A stretch of 64,000 nucleotides of DNA from Takakia lepidozioides (lineage: Eukaryota; Plantae; Bryophyta). The notes beneath the pieces are model-generated. The model made no database searches and was not told where the DNA came from. It worked only from the letters and a program-made list of their open reading frames with translations. The first letter of the stretch is position 1; each line of letters starts with the position of its first letter. Below are positions 37,901-51,424 of the stretch, in pieces. The stretch lies in the NCBI GenBank assembly GCA_030704615.1, contig CM060732.1:8432001-8496000 (forward strand), written 5' to 3'. Position numbers and translations under genes: made by a program.

Positions 37901-40711
37901 TGCGGCACTGCTAATCAAGGTGGGCTGTCAACCACCACAGAGCTGGAATCCATACACCTGCAGAGGATAATCTGTCAGAAGAAGATGAAGTCATGGAGCC
38001 GTATGTGGCCCCCGGTGTGAGGGGAATGCTTGCGCGTGAGCCTGGCCGCATGAGCTTGTGAGCCTATGAGCCTGGCTAGGCTCACGCCACGTCAACAATC
38101 ATCCACGTGTGCAGGTCCTAATTCCGTGCTCCCCCCCACCCCCATTACCGCGGATCAGTTGTCGCCTATGTCCCTTTCATCGCCCCCACATGAATATTCT
38201 TTCCGATCGAGAACAATGGTAGGTTTGTGGATGGTTTAGGATCGAGGACATGATTTTTGGATGAAGAGATCGCTCGCTAGAGAATTGAATATTAACAGCA
38301 AACCCTTTTTTTTTGCAAAGTAGTTCATTCATTCCAACCCACAAATATTTTTCAATGTTGGAATCTGAAGACCTACCCAAGGCAATCCCTAACTGTACTT
38401 ACGGGAACGCGCGAAGATCTTGAAAAACAGTTTGGGGATGGAAGCAAAACCAAAATACATTTTATTAAGTCTCGGTACTTGAACCTCAAGAACTATTGGA
38501 GGTTTCAGAGGAACTACTTCCAGAGTCTGCAGCAATATCATATATGAACACAGCAGCCCCTCCTTGACGTTTTTTTTCTCCGCGACCCCCATGGAGAGGC
38601 GAATACATTGTTTGTTGGGACAACACCCGTGCGCAAGCTTCCACGTAAACCGGCAAGCGGTAAGCTCTAGGGGGACTCGGGGACATGTAGTATCCTTGGA
38701 AACCGAAAGGTGTCTGCGTATTCGATGACGTCTGCCGAACTCTGGAAAGCAAGAAGAGGAATGGTGGTAGATGTTATCATCCAGAAATAGACAATGTAAG
38801 CAACCATCTGTTGAACGGGAATGACACAATGAAATGCAACATATTTTGCACGACTAGAGCCGAACTTACTCACACTCAAAATCGGAGTCCACGTCGAGAT
38901 CCTCGTCAGGCGCTTCGGGCTCCTCAAGAAGTCCCTCCGTGGATGGGGCAGAAGTAGTGCCCGACTCAAGCTGATGAAGCTCACTTGAGAAGAGCTCCGT
39001 ATCAGCCTCCATGCCGAAGAAGTGCCTTCCGGCGCTTTTGCACGCATGAAAAGATGCTCCTGCAAAATCAAAACAGGGCTTCCCTAAGCTCACTGCCCAC
39101 ATTTCAAACACAGTGTTGAGGGCCCCACCTGTTCCCATAGACAAGTCAACCACTCGTCCACCGTGACGGCTGCATGTCTCCACCAAAGTCTGCATGAAAG
39201 CTGGGGATTTCTCCCGTGCACCTCTCCAAGGGATACCAGTCGACCTTTTCGTGGTTCGACCCGAGTCCACGTAATTGAAGATTACATCATCCTCCACAGG
39301 CTCGCAGGTGGGGTCAATGTGAGCTGCAAAGTCCCTCAACTGGAACTCAGCAATACCAGGAGGAAGAGTGTCCTTACGCACCCTCACCAGGCACAAAGCT
39401 TCGAACACCCGAGTCTGTCGATAATCACGAAGAGAGCATGAGGCAAAAGACAAAACCAACTTTTGACATGTACATCAGAACCACAAAACTTTAATTCAAA
39501 GGAACCAACTCACTTTCTGCCCCGGGAACTCGCCCTTCGTAAGAGGCAAAGTGTTGATGCATGTCCAAGTTTTGATGACGCGAAACCCAGAAGCTTTCAT
39601 GTAGCTGAAAAGAGTTCTCCGTGCCGACATGTCCTTTGACTGCATGAGAAGAAGAGCCCCCGAGTCATAAAGGAATTTGTTGCTGAATGAGAAGGCCCAC
39701 TGCCAGTAACGAGAATCCGATTTGTGTGGGGGTTGAATTGGAAGGCAACACATCAGGGACAGGGAAACCGTCAGGAATGTCCAGCACCACAAGGTCAGTC
39801 GCGTATGCCTGCTGAACTCCATTCACCCAATCTGGCCTTTTTGTGACCTACAGCCAAAAACAGGAGACAGTGTCACAAGCCCAATCTTGATCCAACAGGA
39901 AATCAATCTCATCGACGAGCCAGAACAAGTTGCCAAAACAAAATTATTCACACAACAATTAAGACATATGTGCTTACCTGAGTGAGGAACGAAACAAGCA
40001 TGTCCCATGATTTCGAGGGCACCCCTTTGAATGTCGACTTCCTGGATTCCATCATTGCCAGAAAACTTTCATTTACCACCGTACGATGGAACTGGCCCAA
40101 AACCCTGGATGGATGTTCTCTCGCATCGAAAGGCTGCTCCCTCGACTTTGTTGTTCTCCTATCCCTCCTAGTTGGAGAAGGCTATCTTTCAGCGACCTCT
40201 GACGGGCCCTGTTCCTGCGGAGCTGCACTCTTCCCCTTCCCCTTCGGATCCCCGGCAATCTCCCCCTTCCGTTTTGGAGTAGCAGATTTCTCAGGCTCTT
40301 TTGCAGCCAGAGCAGCAATGATTTTGTCCTGAATGTCTTTGTCAGCCAGTGGGGCAAGTGCCGCGGCATTGTCGTTAAGGTTTCTCAAAACAACTTCATC
40401 GAATGGTGTGTCTTGTTTTGGCAGATCGAGGTACCACCCACAATCTTTGAAGTGCGCCCTGCTCCAGTCTCTGGCAATACCAGCCATGTACATTGTCTTG
40501 TCATTGGAGGGGTCAGCCCACGAGTAGATGAAGTCTGGGTCATCGCTAAGGTACTTTCCCGGTATGAGGACATGATACATATACCTGAATGACACACACA
40601 CCTAAAATCCAGACAGTCAATCGATCTGATCGGGACACAGATCACACATCACGAGAAGTGTATTGGCATGCAGGTCAGTAACACTGATAAACCAATGTTT
40701 GAAAGCCCGAT

Positions 40712-41462
40712 TCAACATTGCGTTGACGCAATGTTGATTCGAGCTGAAATGGAAAACACCAAATTTGGAGAACTGCACTTTCAACAAGCACGTACGAGAG
40801 GGAAAGCCCATTATCCTAAAACATCTCATGCACAACATTGAAACCCCAATCAACCTTGTGTTGACGCAAAGAAGATTGGCAGATACACCTATGATAATGT
40901 AGCATTGAAAGAGACAGTGCTTGGCAACGGAATTCAACATTGCGTCAACACAAGGTTGAGGAAATGGAAAACAGTGATTGAAAACCACCATCCGAATATC
41001 TGCTGGTATGGATATTCAACCTTGCGTTGACGCAAGGTTGAATTCCTCTACTGAAACACCTGTCCAGGGTATTTTTGATAACCTTAACTTTCCTACAATT
41101 GTATGGAAATCGGGGTATTTTGGCGAGATTAATCTAGCAATCCATACCGTCAAACAACGTTGCGTCAACGCAAGGCTGTTTGATGGTACAGTGTAAGCTC
41201 TAAACAGCATTTCAAACAGACTCCAAACCGACTTTAAGTTCATCCTGGCAGCATTGCAACTGGAAACCACAAAAAAAACAGCCCAAGAACGAAGGAAAAC
41301 CTACACAGCCAGGCCCTTCATCAACCTTGCGTTGACGCAAGGTTGATTTTCCTGTCAATTTTTGCCCTTTCACATGCAGAATAACGACTTCATTGGATAC
41401 CCCAGGTACATGAAAGTGAAACCAAAACAAAGGGATACAAGCTTGCATTAACGCAATGTTGC
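40712..41462. repeat. Intronic cluster of seven 26-bp palindromes (consensus TCAACCTTGCGTTGACGCAAGGTTGA)
   Basis: Copies start at 40712, 40850, 40934, 41016, 41154, 41321 and 41437. Confidence 0.9.
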
Positions 41463-43348
41463 TCGGCTGCACGTCCAGAGCCTTCATAGCTCCCTGAAAA
41501 CCTCCGAATTCGCAGTTCTACATGGAAAAAACGAAACAAGAATACAGAAACATACATTTCAAGTACCAGAATTGTTTCTTGGAGGTCACACCTGTACAAC
41601 ACTCGTTTCATTGCTTGCTCGCTGTTGTACTGGTTTTTGAATTCGTAGGACTTGGAGATTCTTTTTTCTCTCTCAAACTCCCTGAAAAAATAGTTGTTCC
41701 AGACAGCGAGCTTCCATCTCCTGATATAGGCCTCCAGTGTGATCCGGGGGCAAGACATCTGGATTTTGTAGTCTGCCATTGACTCCCCAAGTGCAGCCAC
41801 CGCTCGTTTTTCCAAATGCAGCAAGAAAGATCATAAGAATTGTGGAGAGAGCACGGAGCAGCACAAGCATTTGAAAAATGGTTTTGTGGAAACTTTACCT
41901 GGCTCTAGAAGGTTGCTTTGTGTAGCCACTGGTCGAATGTGTGGTCACTAACAACTTTTATTGCTTGTGTCTTCGAGTCCCTCTCAGGAGATGAGAACAT
42001 GTTGGTGTCTCTCACAAGTGGATCGGAATTCCAGATCCCCAACCACCTGATTTTGGTTGCATTGTCCACCATTGAAATGGAGAGGCGATGCAGTTTCTCT
42101 TGGGTCATCTCTGGCTTTGAGCCATACTTGTCATAATGTGCTTTCACCTATTCCAAAAATTTTGTGCCAAGACTTGGATCTGCTATGCGGATTTGTTTGT
42201 CGAACACACTCATGAGGTTCTTCCTTTGATTGTTCATCTCGAATTTCATTATGTCCTCAAGCCCAGTAGCAGACCTCTGCTCTTCTGTGTGGGAAGCATA
42301 GTACTCTGCTTTTGCCTTCAAACCAGTTTCTGCTATTTCTTGCTACATACATTACAGGGAGAAAGAATCAAACACTGCCATTTCTTGATAAATTTGCAGT
42401 AACAACAATCAGACAGATATCAAGAAGCTTACCGTGTACATGTAGTCAAGAAAAGCCTCCCTTGTCGGGCTGTACCATGTGCTTGTCTTCTTTTCAGCAC
42501 ACCTCTTCATATGCTGAGGACTGAGCACGTTCGTGAATGACTTCAGTGGCATCAGCCCTATCTTCTGGATACGGAATAGAGTGTGGCAGAGATTTGTCGT
42601 CACATGGGAGGTTTCATTGGACCTGGAAAAACCTTCAACTCATAAGATGATTTCTAATTGTGCAAACGCAGATTGGAACGGGAACAATGTTGGTAACTTA
42701 CTTGTTTATGTCGTGCATGGCTGTCAAGAGCTGCGTGACACGTCCTTTGTGGTCGAGTACCGTGGAAACCACGCTCCAATGTCATTCGATCTCGTCCGAG
42801 TGCAAGCTTGAAATGTAATCCATCCAGGCAAGCAGTCTATGGTTCCCATCCCAGACAAAAAACATCTTTCCCATAAACGCTTTTGTGGAGGCCTTTTTGG
42901 ACAGCTTGAACTCAAACTCCCTGTTTACATCCTGCCAGCATGCATCCCAACTTTGCTTTATCTCCTCTATTACAGGACACTCCTCTCCTTTCGTGTTCAC
43001 AGTGGATACATAGAACACAACAGATCCCTTGACATAGCCGTGAACAAAATCGTTCTTCAACTTCGTGATGTCGTTCCTCAATACGGGTCGAACCGCGGGC
43101 ATGGAGATCATCCTGCATAGTGGGATAACCAGGTTTCCGCCGGGAACCTCCATCGACAGAATCACCTTCGAGGAGTTCACTTTCTGCCCACCCATAACCT
43201 CCTCGACCTTGTCTTCATAGTGTCCCTCAAATGACTCATCCTCACCATCACTTTATGCCACTTCCGCATCTCCCCCCACGGATTTCCTTTTTCTTTTCCT
43301 CTGCACAGAATGAATATCCCTGTGAGTGACAGATTGAGCTCCCATGGA

Positions 43349-43840
43349 TCTACCTTGCGTTGACGCAAGGTTGATTGATGGGGATGCAGCTTAGTCTGAA
43401 ATGCATACCGCAACAGTCCATTGAACCAACTAAATGCTTTGCGTTGACGCAGGGTTCTTTTGGTGGCTTCAGATAATCGACTCTCCCTACTTTGCGTTTC
43501 CTGGTGCGAGACTTCAGATGCAGAGAGTGGCATCAGAATCAGCCTCGCGTCAACGCAAGGTTGATTCGAGTGCTGAATCTGCTTCATGTCACCTTCATAA
43601 ACAAATGCTTTGGAGGTCGACATCAACCTTGCATTGACGCACGGTTGCTGTGGAGCTCTCAGATTGGTGTTCAACAAACAAAAAAATCACATGGAAAGGC
43701 ACATTGCAACTTATGGTTTCTTCTTGGCACTGTATGATGCACCGGGAGCATTCAACAGTTCCATGGCTGCCAGGCATTTAGGGTTTGATGGATTGAATAG
43801 AAAAGGCACACGAATCAACCTCGCGTCAACGCAAGGTTGA
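43349..43840. repeat. Second cluster of five 26-bp palindromes (probable intron)
   Basis: Copies start at 43349, 43433, 43539, 43623 and 43815. Confidence 0.9.
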
Positions 43841-45058
43841 TTCGAGTGCAGCATCTGCACTCGTTTCATGCCCAGAACATACAAAAAAAAGGATAAAGTG
43901 GGTTGATAGTCACCTCCGGTTTCTTCTTTGCACTTGATGATGCTCCTGAGGCATTCAAATTTTCCATGGGGTCTGGAGGCAACATACTTCCAAGGAGCTC
44001 CCGGTGGTGCGAAACAACGACAGACGTTATGGTCTCTGTGTCCATCTCTCCTCCCTGCTCTCTCAAGACCTGGTTCTCCACTCACAGTGCTTCCTCCCGG
44101 GCCCAGCTGACTTCCTCGTCCTCCCCCCCTTCAATTGGAGGTTGCTCTTCGGCCGCCTCCGGGATCACTTGAAGACCTTCCTCTCCAAACAGTGGTTGCA
44201 GAATCGGGTTTTGGCGTTCGTCCTCATCTCCGCCGGAGGTTTCCTCTCCCATTATAAGTTCCCGTCTCGCCTTCCTCATCCTCTCCTTAGCGTGTACCCT
44301 TTGCTTGTTTGATGTGAAGTAAAGTGTTCTTCGACGTTTTCTTCTCCCTCGGGATATGGTCACCGTCTCTACAGAATCCAGGGTTGCAAAGACAATATGG
44401 AGAAGAAGGAAAAAAGGGGGCTACGGTGGGTTTAGCGCAAGGCCTTCCACGCCAAGATGATCGCTCGAAACGACCTGTGCGCCACATGCTCATTCCACAT
44501 GCATGGCGAACACGTGTCCATCTAACCATTATGTATATCTCCGGAAATCATTTTTTTCTCGTCCACCGAAATTCGTTCGGGTCCACCTCTCATCTGAAAA
44601 AGTTCATTGATGAGTAATAGCTTTAGGGATGTTTCAGAGGAATGTGAAGTATGTACAGTTGTACAGCGGTGCAGGTGCCGTTAAAATTGAATGGAAATGG
44701 GCATCTCTTCTGGAATCTCTGACATGACAGGCAAATGGCGGCTCTGTCAATGAATCTTGCTGAGTTGGTTATCCAATGCACTGGTGGGGCACCTCTGAGA
44801 AAACAGTTGCATTCTTTGATTAGGGCTGACATTATCCACTCCGCATTTGGGCACTCTGCAACCGTCCACCACTTGGTTCGCATGGGGACACATTTCTACG
44901 ATGTGCCGAACCGCGTTAGGAGACCTGCAAGCGGGTGCGACACCTGCAACTGTGTGTAAGGACGTCATCTATACAGCCAAAAAACTCCGCTCTAGTACAA
45001 CCTGCAATCAGAAGCAACGTCGGACTGTGAACTGTTCATTTTGAAGCAACATTGACAG

Positions 45059-47512
45059 ATGGCCTCCCAGCCCATGGGCTCCCTTGACGCGGACTTCTTC
45101 AGTGAGGACCACCCTGTCCCCTTTTCTTACGAGGTGGAAGATGACGGTTTTGCGGTGGTGCATGAACACGTGCTCGCAACGCAGTTTTGGTTGGAAAATG
45201 GAACTCTATTCCTTGAAAGGGAAGTGTACGATGCCAATGGAAAACTGCTCACGTACGCATTCTAGAAACCTTCGCATATTGCACCAACCACACAATGGAG
45301 AGTGACTCCAAGCAGATACAGGGTGCTCAATGCTCCTCGGAGACAGTCTGCAGGATCGTTCGTTACTCCTGGCACGGCAGCATCAGTGGCCCAGGAGAAA
45401 ACACTCGTGGTTGTCAAGAAGGAGTCAAGTACCGTTAACACTGTAGTTGAGCTTTTGGACTCATCCTTTGATGACACCTGTGAAATACCGCCCGTGGATC
45501 AGCCATGTCCACATCAAGAAGCAGATGTGGAGGAAATCACCAGTGTCATTCCTAAACTGAAAGCCATGGGTGGGATGGCAGGATTCAAGAGTGAGTTGAG
45601 GGGGATTGACTGGAGTACTTTCAATGTTCAGAGGGTGGCATTCTTGCCGGAATCTTTTGATGGTAATACTGTTTTTGAGCTGCCTCCTCCTGGTTGCGTT
45701 GGGGGCATTTCCACTCTCATGGAAGGAATGGACAAAAAGCACGATGGGCACCCTTGGTGCCGCACAAAAACCTCCAATATTCACAACCACGACAACCTCA
45801 TATTCAGGCGAACAGTCTGTAATGGGCACCTGAAATGCGAGAACATGAAATGCAAACACTTCGCATTGTCGGGTGTGCAAAACCAAAGCGAATGGGATGG
45901 TGTCAGTGAGAATCCATTCAAGCCTGGTGTGACACCTCCATACAGTAACACTTTTGTGTGCAAGTTCTGTAGGGTACCGCCTTCATGCCTTGCAATGTGT
46001 GGCGCCAGCATGTACTATGTGGTGCATCGATTCAAAACCCTGACTAGAGCCTGTGTCCATTTTGGTTTTCACAACCACCCTGTGTCCAAGGGGGATTACA
46101 GGGAGAGCGTTGAGACAATCTCGCGTCTGATAAGGCAAGAGTTGGATACCAATCCAACTGGAACCACATCTGCAATTGCCATGGGGGCAAGCAAGTCCTT
46201 TCTGGAAAGCCGTATTTTGTGTGCATCGGATTCGGTTGGAGGAAAACTGGAGGGACCAGCTTTGGACACTATTATGGACCATTTCTCGACTTTGATTTCT
46301 CCAAACATTAGGAATCAGGTGAACGCTTTAAGAATGGGCTCTGGGAGCCGAGGTTATATGGACAATATTATGGATTTGAAGAGAAGGAGCATGTACGACT
46401 ACATCCAAGACAGCGTTTTCCCGGGGCAAGGAGCCAGGAAAGTGTTCCTGTTCAAAATGTCCACAAAAGGTGAGGGCAGCGGAGTCAGCCTGGTTAAACG
46501 TATGCAGAAGGGTGGCGATCTACGCAACTGCTTCCTTATGTTCGATCACGTCAAGAGGGTTAAAGACTGGACCACAATGGCATGTCATGTTTACGACCCT
46601 GTGTACCAGTGTGTCATGACAATTGCAGTGTGTGACATGTAGTCAGAGGACACAGATTCACAGCAGTTCATGTGGGAAGCTCTCATTCGTGTTATGGCCT
46701 CCAATGGTCTCCTATCTCCCAATTTTGTTGGTTTCATGGGGAGCGGCCATGACAACGGTGAGCGGTTTGCATTCACCTTCCTTTGGGTGCTTCGGATATA
46801 TCTTTCAGGGTCCCATCCTAATATCGGCTTTGTGTTTTTTTGCCTTGCAGCATATGTCCATTGAGGAGATGGCGGACATGTCGTCTTGCAATCTAGCAGA
46901 GACAGTGCACAATGTCTGGTTGCAGCAATCCGGCTAAAAATGAAGAGATTTGTATGCGGCTACGGCCGATGACCGTATCCGTGCTCTGCAGCAGCAAACC
47001 AGATACAGGTCATTCTTGAGGGGTGGCCTTGGAGGCAAAGGCCCGGACAGGAGCAAGTTGATGTTGCGGGCAGCCAGAAGATCGGGGGATCCCAGCAAAA
47101 TAGCGCGGGCAGTGAGCATATGTGCAGATGGCAGCCCTCTCGTGGGAAGAGTTCCTCATCTGGAAGGTGAAGAGAGATTCGGGTCTTGCAAACGGAAATT
47201 GGATACCCCTCCTGGATCGGATGCAGACTCCCATAGGGCGGACAGGGTCAACTTCTCGACGCCACGTGTTCCCTTGGATTAGAGATGGAATTGCGGAACA
47301 TCCACAGGTGAGGGCCATTCTGCCCCAGACCGGACCCCTGCATCAAGCACTGTCACTGCAATGGTTGAAGACCAGAACGTGGTGCGGCATGTAATAGAGT
47401 CCATGTGCTTGGACGAGGTTTGGCATATAAAACGCACAAGTGATGGATCGTGTGTGAAATGCGCGGCGATCAGGGCCACCAATCATGAAAAATGTACATC
47501 ATTAATATCCAT
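45059..47512 (+). pseudogene. Mutator-like transposase, 5' part (GCM/WRKY-like Zn domain + DDE core with internal deletion)
   Basis: CNGHLKCENMKC...CKFC...CGAS...HFGFHNHP; LMFDHVKRV...HVYD...CDM; PNFVGFM followed by an apparent deletion; CNLAETVH (E motif). Interrupted by the P-like element. Confidence 0.7.
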
Positions 47513-47660
47513 CCCGGGGGGTGCACTCCTCATTAAATGTACCAGCCACGTGTGTGCACAGGAGGGGGTATTTTAAACCCCCCCATGTACAACATTATAC
47601 ATACAGAGGGGGGTTTAAAACACCTTAAATATAATTTTACAAGAGGGGGTTGTTGAGTTT

Positions 47661-47760
47661 TTAGGGATAGTGTAGTGGTAAGAATGGCGATTCCGCCGCG
47701 ATGCATCCCGGGATCGAATCGTGGAATCGTCGTTTTGTATGTTTGTTTTTTTTTTTTTTT
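47661..47760 (+). ncRNA. Degenerate tRNA-like Pol III unit
   Basis: A box TAGTGTAGTGG (47668-47678) and B box GATCGAATC (47712-47720) at tRNA spacing, followed by T-runs from 47733. Cloverleaf stems are poor. Confidence 0.55.
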
Positions 47761-48399
47761 CCGCTCCACGATCTTTCTCCCCTGACCTCCCGCGGCTTTC
47801 TCTTTTCTTTCTCCTCCTCTCCCGCGTTCGCCTTCCCTTCCGCGGGCTTTCTCTTTTTCCTCCTCTCCTCTCCCCTCCTCTCCACAGGGCATGGTAGGAC
47901 AATGTGGTGAGGGCACCAGAATGTGGTGAGGGCACTGACTTGGGAGAAGGTTTGAGGTTGTGATGTATGTAGAGGGCAGGAATCGAAGGGGATGAAGTAA
48001 GTGCGCGGGAATGTGGGGCAGGCCTGGGCTGATTGGTGATGATATGCGGGTGTGGTGGCGGATTGTTGTGCAGCAATGACAGGAGGACATGGGCATCAAG
48101 ATTCCCAGTCATCAGAGGTAATGAGCACATTAGGCCTATTTTCTTTCCTAATAATGATTGGTGTGACACAATGGTTGTACTCACTGTATCAGGCCTATTC
48201 TCATCCTTATTGAATTCAAACAGCCAGAGGGACAAGATGCCCCTAAGTGTACAGAACCTGAACGTCCTGAATCTGAAGGATTTGGTACTCAAGAGTTTAC
48301 ACAAGACGAGCAAAATCTACACATGGGGTAACTGTCCCCCCTTTGCAGAACGGTTGGGCGTCCAGGAGCAATCCCAAGCTACCTAGACGACAAACAATT

Positions 48400-50901
48400 C
48401 ACATGCAAAGGGCTGGCTTGCGGCTGGCCACTTTCAACTTCTCAGGGCTTACTAACCAAAGGAAACAACTCGAAGTGGGACAAGTCCTTCGGACTAATGA
48501 TATTCATATCTGTGCTGGGCAAGAAACATGGGAAACTTCGGATAAACTGGTTGGAGATGTCAATGGTTATAAATGGGCAGGTAGGATGTGTACTCTCAAG
48601 GCAGCCTCTGCCAAACGCAGTCAAAAAGGGGTTGGATTCTTTGTCCGTGATTTCTTGTTTGATAATTGTGAAATTATCAACAAGGGTTTGAGGTACGAAC
48701 ATAGTATCTGGCTAAAACTGAATCTGAAGGGCGGCATGAGTACGAAGGACCTCTTTGTGGGTTGTGTTTACATGCCCACAGAGGGGACCCTTAGTGCTGA
48801 CGCAGACAAAGCCTTCGAAGATGTAAAGCTGGATTGTGCTTCGTTCCTTGCCAAAGGTCAGGTAGTGCTATTGGGTGACTTCAATGCCCGGGTGGGCAAA
48901 GGGCTCCATCAGGACGATATCATTGGGCCTTTTGGTGAGGACGAGCCCTCTATAAAGAATGCTGCAATTTGAAAACCAACAGAGAATTGTGGGCGAGGTA
49001 CTATCAGCTCCGGAAAGATATCAATCAGCTTGTTAGGTCTCAGAAGAAATTATACTGGGATAAGTTATACAGTGAAATAAACTCAAACCACCATGGTGGT
49101 AATGACAAGAAATTATGGTTGGCCCTTCAACGTTTGTACAAGCCTAAAAACGGTCAGCAAGTACAAGCGTTGAAGACTACTAAAGGTGCAGTGGTGACTT
49201 CATCGGTTGACATTGTCAAAACCTTTGAAAATCACTACAGTATCCTTGGCAGAACTTCTAGGTCTAACAGTGAGGGGTCTTCTGCTGAATGGAGGGACAC
49301 AGTTGGAAAAATTGTTCCTATGATTCAAAACAGCCCTGATGAACTGGAGTATATTTCAATGGCTTATAACGCTCCCATTAGTTCTTCTGAGATTGTGGAA
49401 GCAATTGAACATTTAAATGGATATAAAGCTGGTGGACCTGATGGTATTGTCAACGAGCTTATCAAGCACGGTGGCGATCCCATGATAGAGGCCCTAGTTC
49501 TCCTCTTTAACCTTATCTGGAAGACTGAAATGATCCCCTTTCGCTGGCGACAGGGGGTCATTGTCAGTCTATACAAGAAGGGTGACAGAGAAGAACTGGG
49601 GAACTACCGTGGCATCACACTCAGGAGTTGATTAATTGCGCGAAGAGATACTTTGATCTTTGGGGGCTAGAGGCTAATGTCAGCAAATGTGCAGTGGTAG
49701 CATTCAACGACAGAGGAGAGGGAGGAAGTGATCTTAAGTGGCAGTGGGGTAGCCAAGAGATCCCGGTCCTCCCTTCCTACACTTACCTGGGCGTTGAGTT
49801 TTCCTCCAATTGTAATTGGGATGCACATATCCGGAAAGTTGTTCGAACTGGCAAGGGCAAAGCTCTGGGGCTCACTAAATTTTTCCACTGCAGAGGGGTC
49901 ATCTCTGAGGTTAAGAAAACCATGCTTTGTCGCGTTATTAGACCTGCCTTGGAGTACGGATCTGCTATATGGGTTGATAACTCCAACCAGGCTAAGTCTC
50001 TAGAATCCATTCAAGTGGGGGTGCTTAAGGAGTGTATGTCAGCATGCTCCAAAACAGTCAATGTGGCTGTTCGGGGTGAGTTTGGCATTCCATCCTTAAG
50101 CTCCCGACGAGATGAATTCAAGGTCAGATGGTGGGGTCAGCTGCAACATATGCCCAACACCAGATATCCTAAGTTGATTGACTCTATATCTTGGAAACAG
50201 GACCGCCCTGTCAAACAGGCTAAGTCCTGGCAGAAGAGAGTAGAAAAGATTCTCAAGGACCTGGACCTGGATCCGCAAGTCTTGACCCTGCTGGATAAAT
50301 CTGCCTTAGAGGCTGTAGTGTCTGAGGCCATGTCTGTTGCCATGAGATTGTCTGATGAAAATGAAGTTAGGCAGAGAACTTCCCTGAACTTGTTTCCAGT
50401 CAGTGACATGGGGGTGGACATCTTGGATGACCTCAAGGGTCTACCCACTCTCGGCACTAGACTGAAATTTAAACTCAGGGCAGGAAGCCTACCTTTGAAC
50501 AGCAAACAGAAGCAGAGAGGAAAGGGAGAGTGCAATTGTCCGTTGTGTGGGCAATCTGAAGACAGTATTCATTTTCTGATACGCTGTCCGGGTTCTCTCA
50601 CCAAAGAGAGGCTCTCTTCAATTCTATCAAGGGAATTGTGCCTGTACCCCTGTTTACCAACTTTGAAAGTCTCGAGGCTGAGCCAAAAGCCCAGGCCCTC
50701 CTGAGGCCTAGTTTTTGGGCAAATCACACACAGCAGATTGATGCTTGTGTGAAGGGTTTTCTAGAGGATATCTGGAAAACCCGGATTAATTCCTTATACG
50801 ATGGTAAGTCTTACTACCAACGTCAGCCCTGTTCTTTTGTTCCCACTGAAACTGGGCGCGGGGTCAATGGCCACAAGGCTACGGCAAACAACGTCTTATG
50901 A
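48400..50901 (+). mobile_element. Non-L1 LINE (RTEX/CR1/L2-like) with two internal deletions
   Basis: EN: ATFNFSG, GQETW, GVGFFV, LGDFNARVG. RT start KAGGPDG...GNYRGITL is joined directly to SKCAVV...YTYLGV and IRPALEYGSAIW. C-terminal CPLC...HFLIRC. Confidence 0.85.
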
Positions 50902-51424
50902 GTACAATCTCATCCTTATCATCCCTCGCCTTTTGGAAAATTCCAGCCATAATTGAAGGGCAATTGGTTGTTGTACTTAACTGCACGAATGTTCCCCTTT
51001 CTGTTGGAATGAGCCGCACGTCCTTTCCATGCTGACATACCCTTTCTTCTTCCTGCAGGATCCTTTGCCCAGCCCTGTTATTTCTATCATTTGTGCCATC
51101 CTCTTGGCGTTTCCACAGCCTCCCCTCATTGCCAGTGAAGTGTTTCTTTCTCTTCCCTTTGTCTTTAAAGACACTCCAACTGTTAGCTGCAGTACCCTTC
51201 GCTGATTTCTTATTGCCTTTGACCTCATGTATGTTTTCAATCATGTTTGAAGGGTGATCACTTGCTGCCATATGCATGACTGTGTCCTTGACTGCTTCTC
51301 TTGTCTCAGTATGATGTTTAATTGTTGTCATGTCAGGCTGTGCTCAGCTGCACCGTGGTGTCTTCAAATGGATCAATTTTTCAGACACGGTCTTGCCAAC
51401 TGAATGATGCAGGTTCACTTGGGA

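Larger units (their letters stand above)
38866..44281 (-). pseudogene. Multi-exon gene: acidic/basic N-terminus, ParB/Srx-like domain, C-terminal beta-class N4/N6 DNA methyltransferase-like domain
   Basis: ParB-like VIPLCRM...VRP...KL...GY...VFYV...FFVWDGNHRLLAW (42782-43195). Motif IV-like TDLVVLDIPDG (about 39768-39800) precedes KFLYDSGALLL and REKSPAFMQTLVETCSRHGGRVVDLSMGTG|ASFHACKSAGRHFFGME (intron about 39060-39128). GT-AG junctions; several stops and frameshifts. Confidence 0.75.

Noticed and set aside
40712-41462. CRISPR array interpretation of the palindromic repeats
   Set aside because: Spacing is irregular here (82-169 bp). At 58.7-59.0 kb the spacers are only 16 bp and related to each other. 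No cas genes, and the context is eukaryotic and intronic.
38866-44281. Bacterial or phage contamination as source of the ParB-MTase
   Set aside because: The gene is split by GT-AG introns (one directly after motif I) and is embedded among plant TEs next to plant genes.
47661-47735. Functional tRNA gene
   Set aside because: A and B boxes are present, but the acceptor, anticodon and T stems do not pair convincingly.
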